Virus record (IMG/VR): IMGVR_UViG_3300027779_000022
From: an uncultured virus (IMG/VR IMGVR_UViG_3300027779_000022)
Taxonomy: Duplodnaviria; Heunggongvirae; Uroviricota; Caudoviricetes
Reading direction: 5' to 3' (one strand)
Length of the DNA: 64,000 nucleotides
Each line of letters opens with the position of its first letter. The stretch's first letter is position 1. Made by a program: the position numbers and the translations under genes. This document shows, piece after piece, positions 19,516-27,574 of this stretch. The notes below the pieces were generated by a model. The model worked only from the letters and a program-made list of their open reading frames with translations, did no database searches and was not told the DNA's origin.

Positions 19516-20670
19516 ATGTCAAACTTGCTTAATGAAGCTATTATCGATGCCAAAGCGCTTCGTGAGGCGGCACTAAAGAATGCCGAAACCATTGTGATTG
19601 AAAAATATTCCAATGATGTAAAGAAAACATTAGAGAAACTTTTAGAACAAGAAGATGATCTGGATGCTATGTTGGGTGGCGCTGACCCCGCCGCCGACCC
19701 CGCCGCGGAAGATCCCGCCGCGGCTGTTCCAACAGAATTAACAGCCGATCCTGCTTTAGAAGAAGAAGCAGAGCCTCAAGAGGACATCTCCGAAGATGAA
19801 ATCCCCTTGGCCGCAACAGATGACTTTTCTGAACTTGATGGTAAGAATTTAAACTCTTTTTTAGAAAGTGGTCAAGAGACCGAGATTAGTATAGACCTCG
19901 GCGCCCTTCAAGAAAATTTAGATGCTTTATCTTCTGAAATTGAAGAAGCCAATCTCGAAGAAGATGAAGAAATAGATTTTAACGCAATGTCTCTTGACGA
20001 AATGTTGTCTGATGATGAAGATGATGGCGCATCAGCAGAAGCGGCCGAAACAGAAGCAGCAGCTGATGAGGATGCTGAGGCATCTATGGAAGAAGACGTC
20101 GATTTTGATGCTCTTGCCGACGCCATCATGGAAAAACTTACTGTTGATATGGGCGCCGACCTATCTGGTTGGGCCGGCCGGTCGTCAGGTGACAAAAAAT
20201 ATCAAATTGAAAAAGAATTAGCACATCGTCGTAGTACAGATGTGCAAGAAGAATTGGAAGCATTGAAAAAAGCTCAAGAAGAATTGGTTTTCGAAAATAA
20301 CCAAATCAATGGGCAGAACAATGAGTATAAGCAAGCCTTCCAAGAGCTTAAGGAAAACTTACAAGATGTAAATCTTTCTAACGCTCGCTTGCTTTACACG
20401 AACCGTGTATTAAGAAATACCTCCTTGAATGAGCGGCAAAAAGATAAAATTGCCGAAGCGATTTCTAGTGCTGGTTCTGTAACAGAAGCAAGGACGATCT
20501 TTGAGACGCTTCAAAGCACAGTGGAGGGTTCTTCTAAAAAGACGAAGAGTCCAAAATCACTGAGCGAAGCAATTGGTCGTCGTTCTACTGTTCTTCGGGC
20601 AACTCGCCAAGAGACGCCCGCATTTGATCCGTTGCAAGATCGAATGAAAAAACTAGCTGGAATAAAATAA
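19516..20670 (+). CDS. prohead scaffold protein (gp22-like)
   Basis: Acidic coiled coil directly before the capsid gene; C-terminal DRMKKLAGIK. Confidence 0.8.
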   Translation: MSNLLNEAIIDAKALREAALKNAETIVIEKYSNDVKKTLEKLLEQEDDLDAMLGGADPAADPAAEDPAAAVPTELTADPALEEEAEPQEDISEDEIPLAATDDFSELDGKNLNSFLESGQETEISIDLGALQENLDALSSEIEEANLEEDEEIDFNAMSLDEMLSDDEDDGASAEAAETEAAADEDAEASMEEDVDFDALADAIMEKLTVDMGADLSGWAGRSSGDKKYQIEKELAHRRSTDVQEELEALKKAQEELVFENNQINGQNNEYKQAFQELKENLQDVNLSNARLLYTNRVLRNTSLNERQKDKIAEAISSAGSVTEARTIFETLQSTVEGSSKKTKSPKSLSEAIGRRSTVLRATRQETPAFDPLQDRMKKLAGIK

Positions 20671-20703
20671 TCATAATTTATAAAAAAAAGGAGGTGATTT
20701 AAA

Positions 20704-22512
20704 ATGTCTAGTATAATCGAAAGGTTAACCGAAGGAGTTGTTAACCGTGATATGCGCGCCGAAAGCCACGCTCTTCTTACCAAATGGGAGAAGACCGGTC
20801 TTCTAGAGGGTCTTACCAAAGACCGTCAGAAGGGAGCTATGGCTCGCTTGCTTGAAAACCAAGCAAAAGAACTGCTTCGCGAGAGCAGCAGCATGAGCGC
20901 TGGTGATGTTGAGGGCTTTGCAGCCGTCGCGTTCCCCATCGTACGTCGTGTATTCGCAGGCCTGATCGCAAATGATCTTGTCTCTGTTCAGCCCATGAGT
21001 TTACCCTCGGGTCTGATTTTCTTCCTTGACTTCGTGTATTCCCCGAACCTTGGAAGTTCTTCAAGCCTTGCTGATCGTTTTGGTAACACAGCTAACGAAT
21101 CCATCTATGGTGGTTCTGCAACTGGTGCCGAGATTACCGGTGGTGTATCATTGGTCGGAGCTATGGGTCAGGACCTCTCTGGTCCACGTACAGTTGGTGC
21201 TAATGGTTACGCGTATTCGTCGCCAACCGCATCATTCGCTGTTACTTCTAGTGGCATGGTAGCACGTGGTTTCCTCATTGGTAACGGTACTCATGCACAA
21301 AACAAGTTGATCGAATACGATCCTGACTTGTTGGCGCTTAGTGGGTCCTCTCGTTATGTTATCTCTCTTGAGATAACTAAGGCCACCGTTGCAGCTGCTG
21401 GTGCTGGTTCTCAAGTTGACTATAACAACCTCGGTGCGTTCTCTTGTTCCATCGATTCGTTACGTCAGGTCTTGGGCGATTCTGGTCTTACGACTGCTGC
21501 AACCACACAGATTCGTCGTCTGACTAACATTACCACTGGTAGTAATAATCAATCTGCGGGTCGTACCGATGGCAATCTTAACCTTGTCTTTGTTACCACT
21601 GACAGTAGTAGCCCGGCCGTCACCGCGGTCGGTACACAATACCTCTCCATGAGTGCTCCACAGGTTGATGATATCACCACTGGTGGCGCAATTGGTTCAG
21701 TTATTGGTCAGACTGAGTGGGGCCTTGAGGGTAATGAAAACATCCCTGAGATCGACATAAAGGTTGACAGCATTGCTGTTACTGCACAAACCAAGAAGCT
21801 TAAGGCTAAGTGGACTCCGGAGTTAGGTCAAGACCTTAACGCCTACCACAACCTTGATGCTGAGGTTGAGTTGACTAGCATTCTCTCTGAGCAAATTGCT
21901 CTTGAGATTGACCGTGAGATCCTTGGTGATCTTATTAACGGCGCAAAAGCTAGTACACTTTACTGGTCTCGTTCCCCCGGCTTGTTTGTCGATAAGGGAA
22001 CCGGTCAAGAAATTGGAGCGTCTTCGGCTGCTCCTGACTTCACCGGAACGGTATCAGAGTGGTATGAGACCCTTGTTGAGACTATCAATGATGTCTCGGC
22101 TGCTATTCACCGCAAGACTCTTCGCGGCGGAGCTAACTTCATTGTCTGCGGACCTGAAATTGCTAACGTCCTTGAGTTCACCGCTGGATTCCGTGCTTCC
22201 GTCACCCATGACGATGAGAGCGGTTCTGTTGGTGCTGTGAAGGTTGGTGCCCTGAGTAAGAAGTTCGACGTCATTGTTGACCCGTACTTCCTCCGCAATG
22301 TGATTCTTATTGGTCGCCGCGGCTCCTCTTTCCTTGAAAGCGGATACGTGTACGCCCCGTACGTCCCACTGCAGACCACACCAACAATCTTCGGACCAGA
22401 AGACTTCGTACCTCGCAAGGGTGTGATGACTCGTTACGCGAAGAAGATGGTGCGTCCTGATATGTATGGCCTTGTGGTTGTACGCGGACTTCTTGGAGAA
22501 GCTGGCGGATAG
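20704..22512 (+). CDS. major capsid protein (T4 gp23-like)
   Basis: VSVQPMSLPSGLIF, KLKAKWTPELGQDL, LEIDREI, YAPYVPL, PRKGVMTRY. Confidence 0.96.
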   Translation: MSSIIERLTEGVVNRDMRAESHALLTKWEKTGLLEGLTKDRQKGAMARLLENQAKELLRESSSMSAGDVEGFAAVAFPIVRRVFAGLIANDLVSVQPMSLPSGLIFFLDFVYSPNLGSSSSLADRFGNTANESIYGGSATGAEITGGVSLVGAMGQDLSGPRTVGANGYAYSSPTASFAVTSSGMVARGFLIGNGTHAQNKLIEYDPDLLALSGSSRYVISLEITKATVAAAGAGSQVDYNNLGAFSCSIDSLRQVLGDSGLTTAATTQIRRLTNITTGSNNQSAGRTDGNLNLVFVTTDSSSPAVTAVGTQYLSMSAPQVDDITTGGAIGSVIGQTEWGLEGNENIPEIDIKVDSIAVTAQTKKLKAKWTPELGQDLNAYHNLDAEVELTSILSEQIALEIDREILGDLINGAKASTLYWSRSPGLFVDKGTGQEIGASSAAPDFTGTVSEWYETLVETINDVSAAIHRKTLRGGANFIVCGPEIANVLEFTAGFRASVTHDDESGSVGAVKVGALSKKFDVIVDPYFLRNVILIGRRGSSFLESGYVYAPYVPLQTTPTIFGPEDFVPRKGVMTRYAKKMVRPDMYGLVVVRGLLGEAGG

Positions 22513-22533
22513 GCAATCAAGTAGTCAAATAAG

Positions 22534-22567
22534 AAACCCCCCTTGTTTTGGCAAGGGGGGTTTTTTT
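22534..22567 (+). terminator. intrinsic terminator after capsid gene
   Basis: AAACCCCCCTTG...CAAGGGGGGTTT plus T run. Confidence 0.9.
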
Positions 22568-22628
22568 GTTTATGCTTGTCTTAAACGCGTTGGAAAAACT
22601 ACTTATATTTGACTTGAGAGTTTTCTTC

Positions 22629-22711
22629 GAGGTCGGGGCCACTGACCTTTAAAGATTTATAGCCGAAGTGGCTGGCTATATTTTGTGATTATAATCAGGT
22701 TATCGATAACC
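22629..22711 (+). ncRNA. putative structured leader RNA with kissing loops
   Basis: Two hairpins with complementary loops (GCCAC/GTGGC), then two palindromes, between a late motif and the SD. Confidence 0.45.
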
Positions 22712-22747
22712 ATATCAAATAACATACCTTGAAGGAGGAAACAAATT

Positions 22748-23605
22748 ATGGGAAATAGAAGAATGGGCTTAGCCAGAATGGACGCCCTTTTAGAAAAACT
22801 AGATAGAGATATAGATCTCACGAATTCAACATTAACAGACTGCACCATCACAACTAGTGCTGCAGCAACATTTACAGGTGCACATGCCATCAGCGGTACT
22901 GGCACACATACGATATACGGACAGGACCAATACAACAGTGGTATTCATACCACAATGTTTGGATTGCATCCACAATGGAGCGCCAACTTCGGCGAACCCA
23001 AATTCCAGGGTCTCGACCCAGCCGCAGGTACCGACGATGTAGTAACATCTGGCAACGTTGCGTTAAACCTCTCTAGAGCTTTGGAATACATCGCCGGCCT
23101 TTCGGCTGTACCTACTGTCGCCCACGCAGCCACCGTTTTTGGCGGATCAGGGGTTCTTGGAGTTGATGTTGCTATAGGAACGACCGGCGCCCCCGGGCAA
23201 ACCCCAACTGTCACCCAGAGAATCGCTAGATTAACTGGTAATGTCAGTGGAACGGTTGTCATGACCGTCGGCGCCGACTTAACAACAGCCGGCGACGAAT
23301 GCCTAATTTTGTTTACGGGTAACACATTTGGATCGTCTGGACTTCTTAAGCTCACGATGCACGCCAACAACTCCCTAGACGCAGAGTCCGGAGAAGTTTG
23401 GTGTACAACGGATGGAACGGATCTTTTGACTCGTCAAGGCGCCTTCACCGATGGTAGAAATCTCATACTATTAACCGACACGGGCGACAGTACTATATTG
23501 GCAGGTTCTTACTTGTATTTCCATGCTGGTAATGACTCCAATGTTATGTGCGTCAAAGGGGTTATTAGAACCACTGGCGGAACAATCGCGGTAACAGACG
23601 CTTAA
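22748..23605 (+). CDS. putative capsid decoration/virion protein
   Basis: Own late motif, AAGGAGG SD and terminator; Gly/Thr-rich. Confidence 0.55.
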   Translation: MGNRRMGLARMDALLEKLDRDIDLTNSTLTDCTITTSAAATFTGAHAISGTGTHTIYGQDQYNSGIHTTMFGLHPQWSANFGEPKFQGLDPAAGTDDVVTSGNVALNLSRALEYIAGLSAVPTVAHAATVFGGSGVLGVDVAIGTTGAPGQTPTVTQRIARLTGNVSGTVVMTVGADLTTAGDECLILFTGNTFGSSGLLKLTMHANNSLDAESGEVWCTTDGTDLLTRQGAFTDGRNLILLTDTGDSTILAGSYLYFHAGNDSNVMCVKGVIRTTGGTIAVTDA

Positions 23606-23628
23606 TAATAGCGACTGAGAATATATAT

Positions 23629-23661
23629 AAAACCCCCTTTCTTTATTAGTTGGGGGGTTTT
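23629..23661 (+). terminator. intrinsic terminator
   Basis: AAAACCCCC...GGGGGTTTT. Confidence 0.75.
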
Positions 23662-23673
23662 TATTTTTAATTA

Positions 23674-23702
23674 TTGACAAGGTGATGCAAACCTGTTATA
23701 AT
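23674..23702 (+). promoter_or_regulatory. sigma70-type promoter
   Basis: TTGACA-17-TATAAT with TG extension. Confidence 0.85.
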
Positions 23703-23743
23703 AAAAACAATAAAATTATGATTGTTACAATATAGGAGAACAA

Positions 23744-23932
23744 ATGAGTAATGAAAAAGAAATTGTAGAAGAGAAAAAAAGCGATAAAGAGAGGATCGAA
23801 ACTCTTGAGTCTCAGGTGGCAGAACTATATGGGCTGAATAAAAGAACAATAGAAAACTTTCGGGAACTAGTTCAGTTAAACATCTTTGATAATCTTCGAT
23901 CGCAATCTTTTAGGAACCCTTCCGAAGAATAG
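23744..23932 (+). CDS. small coiled-coil protein, paralog A
   Basis: AGGAG SD and own promoter; similar to 24041 ORF. Confidence 0.75.
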   Translation: MSNEKEIVEEKKSDKERIETLESQVAELYGLNKRTIENFRELVQLNIFDNLRSQSFRNPSEE

Positions 23933-23983
23933 AATTATTCCGACACCCTTTGAATCCCCTCCCAACCGTCTAGGAGGCTTTTC

Positions 23984-24012
23984 TTGACAAACCAAACTTA
24001 ATATGTTATAGT
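23984..24012 (+). promoter_or_regulatory. sigma70-type promoter
   Basis: TTGACA-17-TATAGT with TG extension. Confidence 0.8.
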
Positions 24013-24040
24013 AAACCAGACCGGAACACTAGGAGAAAAA

Positions 24041-24223
24041 ATGACGGACCCAACAATTAGCGCCACAGAATGCAAAGAGAAAGGACCCACCTTGGAAGAT
24101 AGAGTTGAGTACCTCGAGCATATGACTAGGGAACTCTTAGGGCGCCATAAAGATATGCTAGGCCACTTCCGTGAAATGGTAGTGGCTGTCACAGAGATCT
24201 CTGGGGAATCTTCGGACGAATAA
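24041..24223 (+). CDS. small coiled-coil protein, paralog B
   Basis: AGGAG SD and own promoter; similar to 23744 ORF. Confidence 0.75.
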   Translation: MTDPTISATECKEKGPTLEDRVEYLEHMTRELLGRHKDMLGHFREMVVAVTEISGESSDE

Positions 24224-24336
24224 GGCAATTCAATTTTTTTTATTTAATATGCCGATCTCTCAAATTTTTTCCTCGGCAAATTTTTGAGATTTTTACATAG
24301 GTTATAACTATTTACTGTGACACATAGGAGCCCAAA

Positions 24337-24735
24337 ATGGGAAAAAAGAGAAGATTATTAGCTGCTAAAGGCAAGTTTGGAAATAAATTTAGCGCCCATC
24401 CTAGATATAAAGTTCAGGATGTTGTACCAACATTGAAAGTCGATCACGATCTGAAGATTATTGCCAAGAAGATTGAGACTATTGAAAGCGAAGTTATTAA
24501 AACTCAAAGTGAAGTAGAAAAGGTTGTCGTTGAAGCAACCCCTTCACCAGAAGTGGATAAACCAGAGGTGGTAGCACCGGTGGTAGTACCAATTGTAACC
24601 GCAGCGCCAGTCTCGGTTACAAAAATTGCCAAAGTTAAGAAAAAGTCGCCAACAAGAAAGTCTGCGACAATAACTGCTACAAAAAGAAAAAGCACAACAA
24701 AAAGAAATACTACTAGTACAACTGCAAAAAATTAG
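24337..24735 (+). CDS. basic Lys/Thr-rich late protein
   Basis: Late motif at 24307, AGGAG SD; basic N- and C-termini. Confidence 0.65.
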   Translation: MGKKRRLLAAKGKFGNKFSAHPRYKVQDVVPTLKVDHDLKIIAKKIETIESEVIKTQSEVEKVVVEATPSPEVDKPEVVAPVVVPIVTAAPVSVTKIAKVKKKSPTRKSATITATKRKSTTKRNTTSTTAKN

Positions 24736-24813
24736 CTGTTGTTTGTTAACTGGGCATGATTATGGACGGGGTTTTGTTTGTGAGATTACTACTTAAGATG
24801 TAGGAGTCTTTTA

Positions 24814-26079
24814 ATGCCAACAAACCTTAATCCCAAATCAACGACCAGTGCGGTAATACTTACTTCGACTGGTTCAGCAGCAAATGTTGCTGCAGCCGTA
24901 CCATTTGGTATTTATACTGCCTCAATTGACTTTTTGAGCGGAGCATCCCTTCAGGTTGGCTATGTTTATAAGAAACTTGGTGGTGATGTAATTGATATTG
25001 AACTTACGCCAGCCAATGTTTATTCAGCATATGAAGAGGCTGTCCTAGAATATTCATATACGATTAACCTGCATCAAAGTAAAAATGCTCTAAGTGATGC
25101 CCTGGGTGATGTAACTGGGACGTTTGATCACAAGGGTGAGATAAAATCCGGGTCTGCGACGAACTTGAAGTTCCCCAGATTCCAAGCCTCTTATGCACAG
25201 CGCGTAGGTGATGGCTTAGCAACACTGGGTAATCTCGGTGGCACTACTACAATATATTCTGCTTCATTTGCACCAGAGTCGAGTAAGCAAGATTACGATT
25301 TACAAGAAATTGTCGAAAGCGCTTCTCTTTCAGGATTAGATCATGATGGCAGGTCGGTCGACTATTCAGGCTCAGTCGCCGGCAAGAGGATCTTTGTGAC
25401 AAAGGTGTTCTATAAGTCTCCGCGCGCCATGTGGAGATTCTACGGCTATTATGGAGGGGTTGGTGTTGTAGGGAACGGTTCCACGTATGGTCAATTTGCT
25501 GATGACTCAACATTTGAGGTGATTCCCACGTGGCAGAACAAAATGCAAGCTGTTATGTATGAGGATTCTATTTTTACAAGAACTTCTCACTATTCTTATG
25601 AATTGAAAAACAATAAACTGAGGCTTTTTCCGATCCCTTCACATTTTGGATTCCAAGATGATGCGATGTGGTTCCAATTTTATATCAAGTCAGATTCAAC
25701 GGCAGATAATAGCGGGTACGACGACGGCGTTAATGGGGTAAATAATCTCAATACGTTACCATATTCTAATATTCCATACCAAAATATCAATTCGATTGGT
25801 AAACAATGGATCAGAAAATATTCTTTAGCATTGTGTAAAGAGATGCTGGGGCAAATCCGCGGCAAGTTTACCACAATCCCGATTCCTGGAGAGAGTGTAA
25901 CTCTAAATCATAGCGAGTTACTCTCTCAAGCAAAGGAAGAACAGCAGCAATTAAAAGAAAAGCTAATGGAAATCTTAAAAGAGACGGAATATCAGGAATT
26001 AGTGAGAATATCGTCCGAGAAGGCTGATTCTGTTGCTAAAACTTACGCCTTCTCTCCCTTGCCAATATTTGTGGGTTAA
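24814..26079 (+). CDS. neck/head-tail adaptor (gp13-like)
   Basis: KKLGGDVIDIEL, WIRKYSLALCKEMLGQIRGKF, C-terminal PLPIFVG. Confidence 0.85.
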   Translation: MPTNLNPKSTTSAVILTSTGSAANVAAAVPFGIYTASIDFLSGASLQVGYVYKKLGGDVIDIELTPANVYSAYEEAVLEYSYTINLHQSKNALSDALGDVTGTFDHKGEIKSGSATNLKFPRFQASYAQRVGDGLATLGNLGGTTTIYSASFAPESSKQDYDLQEIVESASLSGLDHDGRSVDYSGSVAGKRIFVTKVFYKSPRAMWRFYGYYGGVGVVGNGSTYGQFADDSTFEVIPTWQNKMQAVMYEDSIFTRTSHYSYELKNNKLRLFPIPSHFGFQDDAMWFQFYIKSDSTADNSGYDDGVNGVNNLNTLPYSNIPYQNINSIGKQWIRKYSLALCKEMLGQIRGKFTTIPIPGESVTLNHSELLSQAKEEQQQLKEKLMEILKETEYQELVRISSEKADSVAKTYAFSPLPIFVG

Positions 26080-26085
26080 TAAATT

Positions 26086-26574
26086 ATGTCAAAAAAATGG
26101 GATAGACCGGAACAGCCGCCACCACCACTCTTCTTAGGCAAGAAAGAGCGGGATTTGGTAAAACAGGTAAATGATGAGCTTATTGAGAAGGTCATTGGTC
26201 AACAGATCCTTTATTATTCAATTGATATGGAAAGAACCAATTTCCATGATCTATATGGAGAGGCTATTGAAAAAACTTATCTGGCACCAATCAGAGTATA
26301 CGCTTTGATAGAGTGGAAAACAGAAGCAACGGATTATATGGAAGGTGTTGGGATTGATCGTCAATGGGAAATCACAGTCCACTTCCATAAAAGAAGATTA
26401 ACTGAAGATCAGGATCTCTATGTCCGAGAAGGGGACTTCGTTTTATACAACAAGCATTATTACGAAATAACGAACACATCAGAACCCAAATTGCTGTTTG
26501 GTCAGGCTGATAACGATTTTGAAATAGCTGCAACTTGCAAACGAGCAAGAAAGGGATTATTCGATGCTACCTGA
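26086..26574 (+). CDS. head closure protein (gp14-like)
   Basis: DLYGEA, VREGDF; synteny after gp13. Confidence 0.7.
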   Translation: MSKKWDRPEQPPPPLFLGKKERDLVKQVNDELIEKVIGQQILYYSIDMERTNFHDLYGEAIEKTYLAPIRVYALIEWKTEATDYMEGVGIDRQWEITVHFHKRRLTEDQDLYVREGDFVLYNKHYYEITNTSEPKLLFGQADNDFEIAATCKRARKGLFDAT

Positions 26575-27448
26575 TAACTTTGATTTTACCATGATTCCAG
26601 ATTTACCAAGGACCGGTTCTGTAGGGCTTAAAGAAATAGGAATGCTTGAATCTACGATTGAAGACATTGATTATGCGATAACCTCTTGGTTAAAAGAGGA
26701 TCTACACCTTGAGGCAAACACGAATGAAGGCCGAACGAAAGTACCTGTCCTCTGGCAGACACCGGAGAGAGCATTTCAAATTAAAAATGAAAAGGAACTC
26801 CGTGAAGATAACGGCGCCATTAAATTACCGGTCCTTAGTATCGAAAGAACAGGGATTACTAAAGATCCTGAACGCAAAGGATCATATCAGGCACATACAT
26901 ACTCAGATAGAAAAGACGGCCGAACCGGCCGAATGACGATTGCACGCCGAATTGTTAAAGACAAGACAAGAAATTTTGCAGTAGCAGCATCGATGCGATC
27001 ACTTCCAAAAGAGGCAACTTTCCAGAAATATTATCCGAGAGTTAACAAGAAAGTAGTTATCCAAACTTTAACTATACCAATTCCCGTATATATCAATGTG
27101 GACTATAAGATATTAATTAAATCTGAATACCAGCAGCAAATGAACGACCTAATAGCTCCCTTTATCGCGCGCACAGGTCAGATCAACGCCTTTAATCTAA
27201 AAAGGAATGGCCATTCATATGAAGCCTTTATAGATCAGTCCTTTACACACAGCAACAATGTCTCCAATTTGAGTGAAGACATGAGAATGTTTTCAACCGA
27301 GATTAATATAAAGATTTTAGGTTACTTAGTAGGTGAGGGAAACAACGATGATCGCCGTATCGTTAGAATTGACGAAAATGTCGTAGAGGTTACGTTTCCA
27401 AGAGAATCCGAGCCACTTCCGGGCGAAATCACATTTGTTAAAGATTAG
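26564..27448 (+). CDS. tail terminator/sheath stabiliser (gp15-like)
   Basis: KLPVLSIERTG, PIPVYINVDY; precedes sheath. Confidence 0.7.
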   Translation: MLPDNFDFTMIPDLPRTGSVGLKEIGMLESTIEDIDYAITSWLKEDLHLEANTNEGRTKVPVLWQTPERAFQIKNEKELREDNGAIKLPVLSIERTGITKDPERKGSYQAHTYSDRKDGRTGRMTIARRIVKDKTRNFAVAASMRSLPKEATFQKYYPRVNKKVVIQTLTIPIPVYINVDYKILIKSEYQQQMNDLIAPFIARTGQINAFNLKRNGHSYEAFIDQSFTHSNNVSNLSEDMRMFSTEINIKILGYLVGEGNNDDRRIVRIDENVVEVTFPRESEPLPGEITFVKD

Positions 27449-27574
27449 TTCCTGAACTGCGACCATTTTTCTTTGTACAGATGAAGACTTTTGAAAATGG
27501 TTCTACTATTTACTGATGATTAACTTATAATTATTTAATTATAATAAAATAGTAAAAATGAGGATATAACCAAA

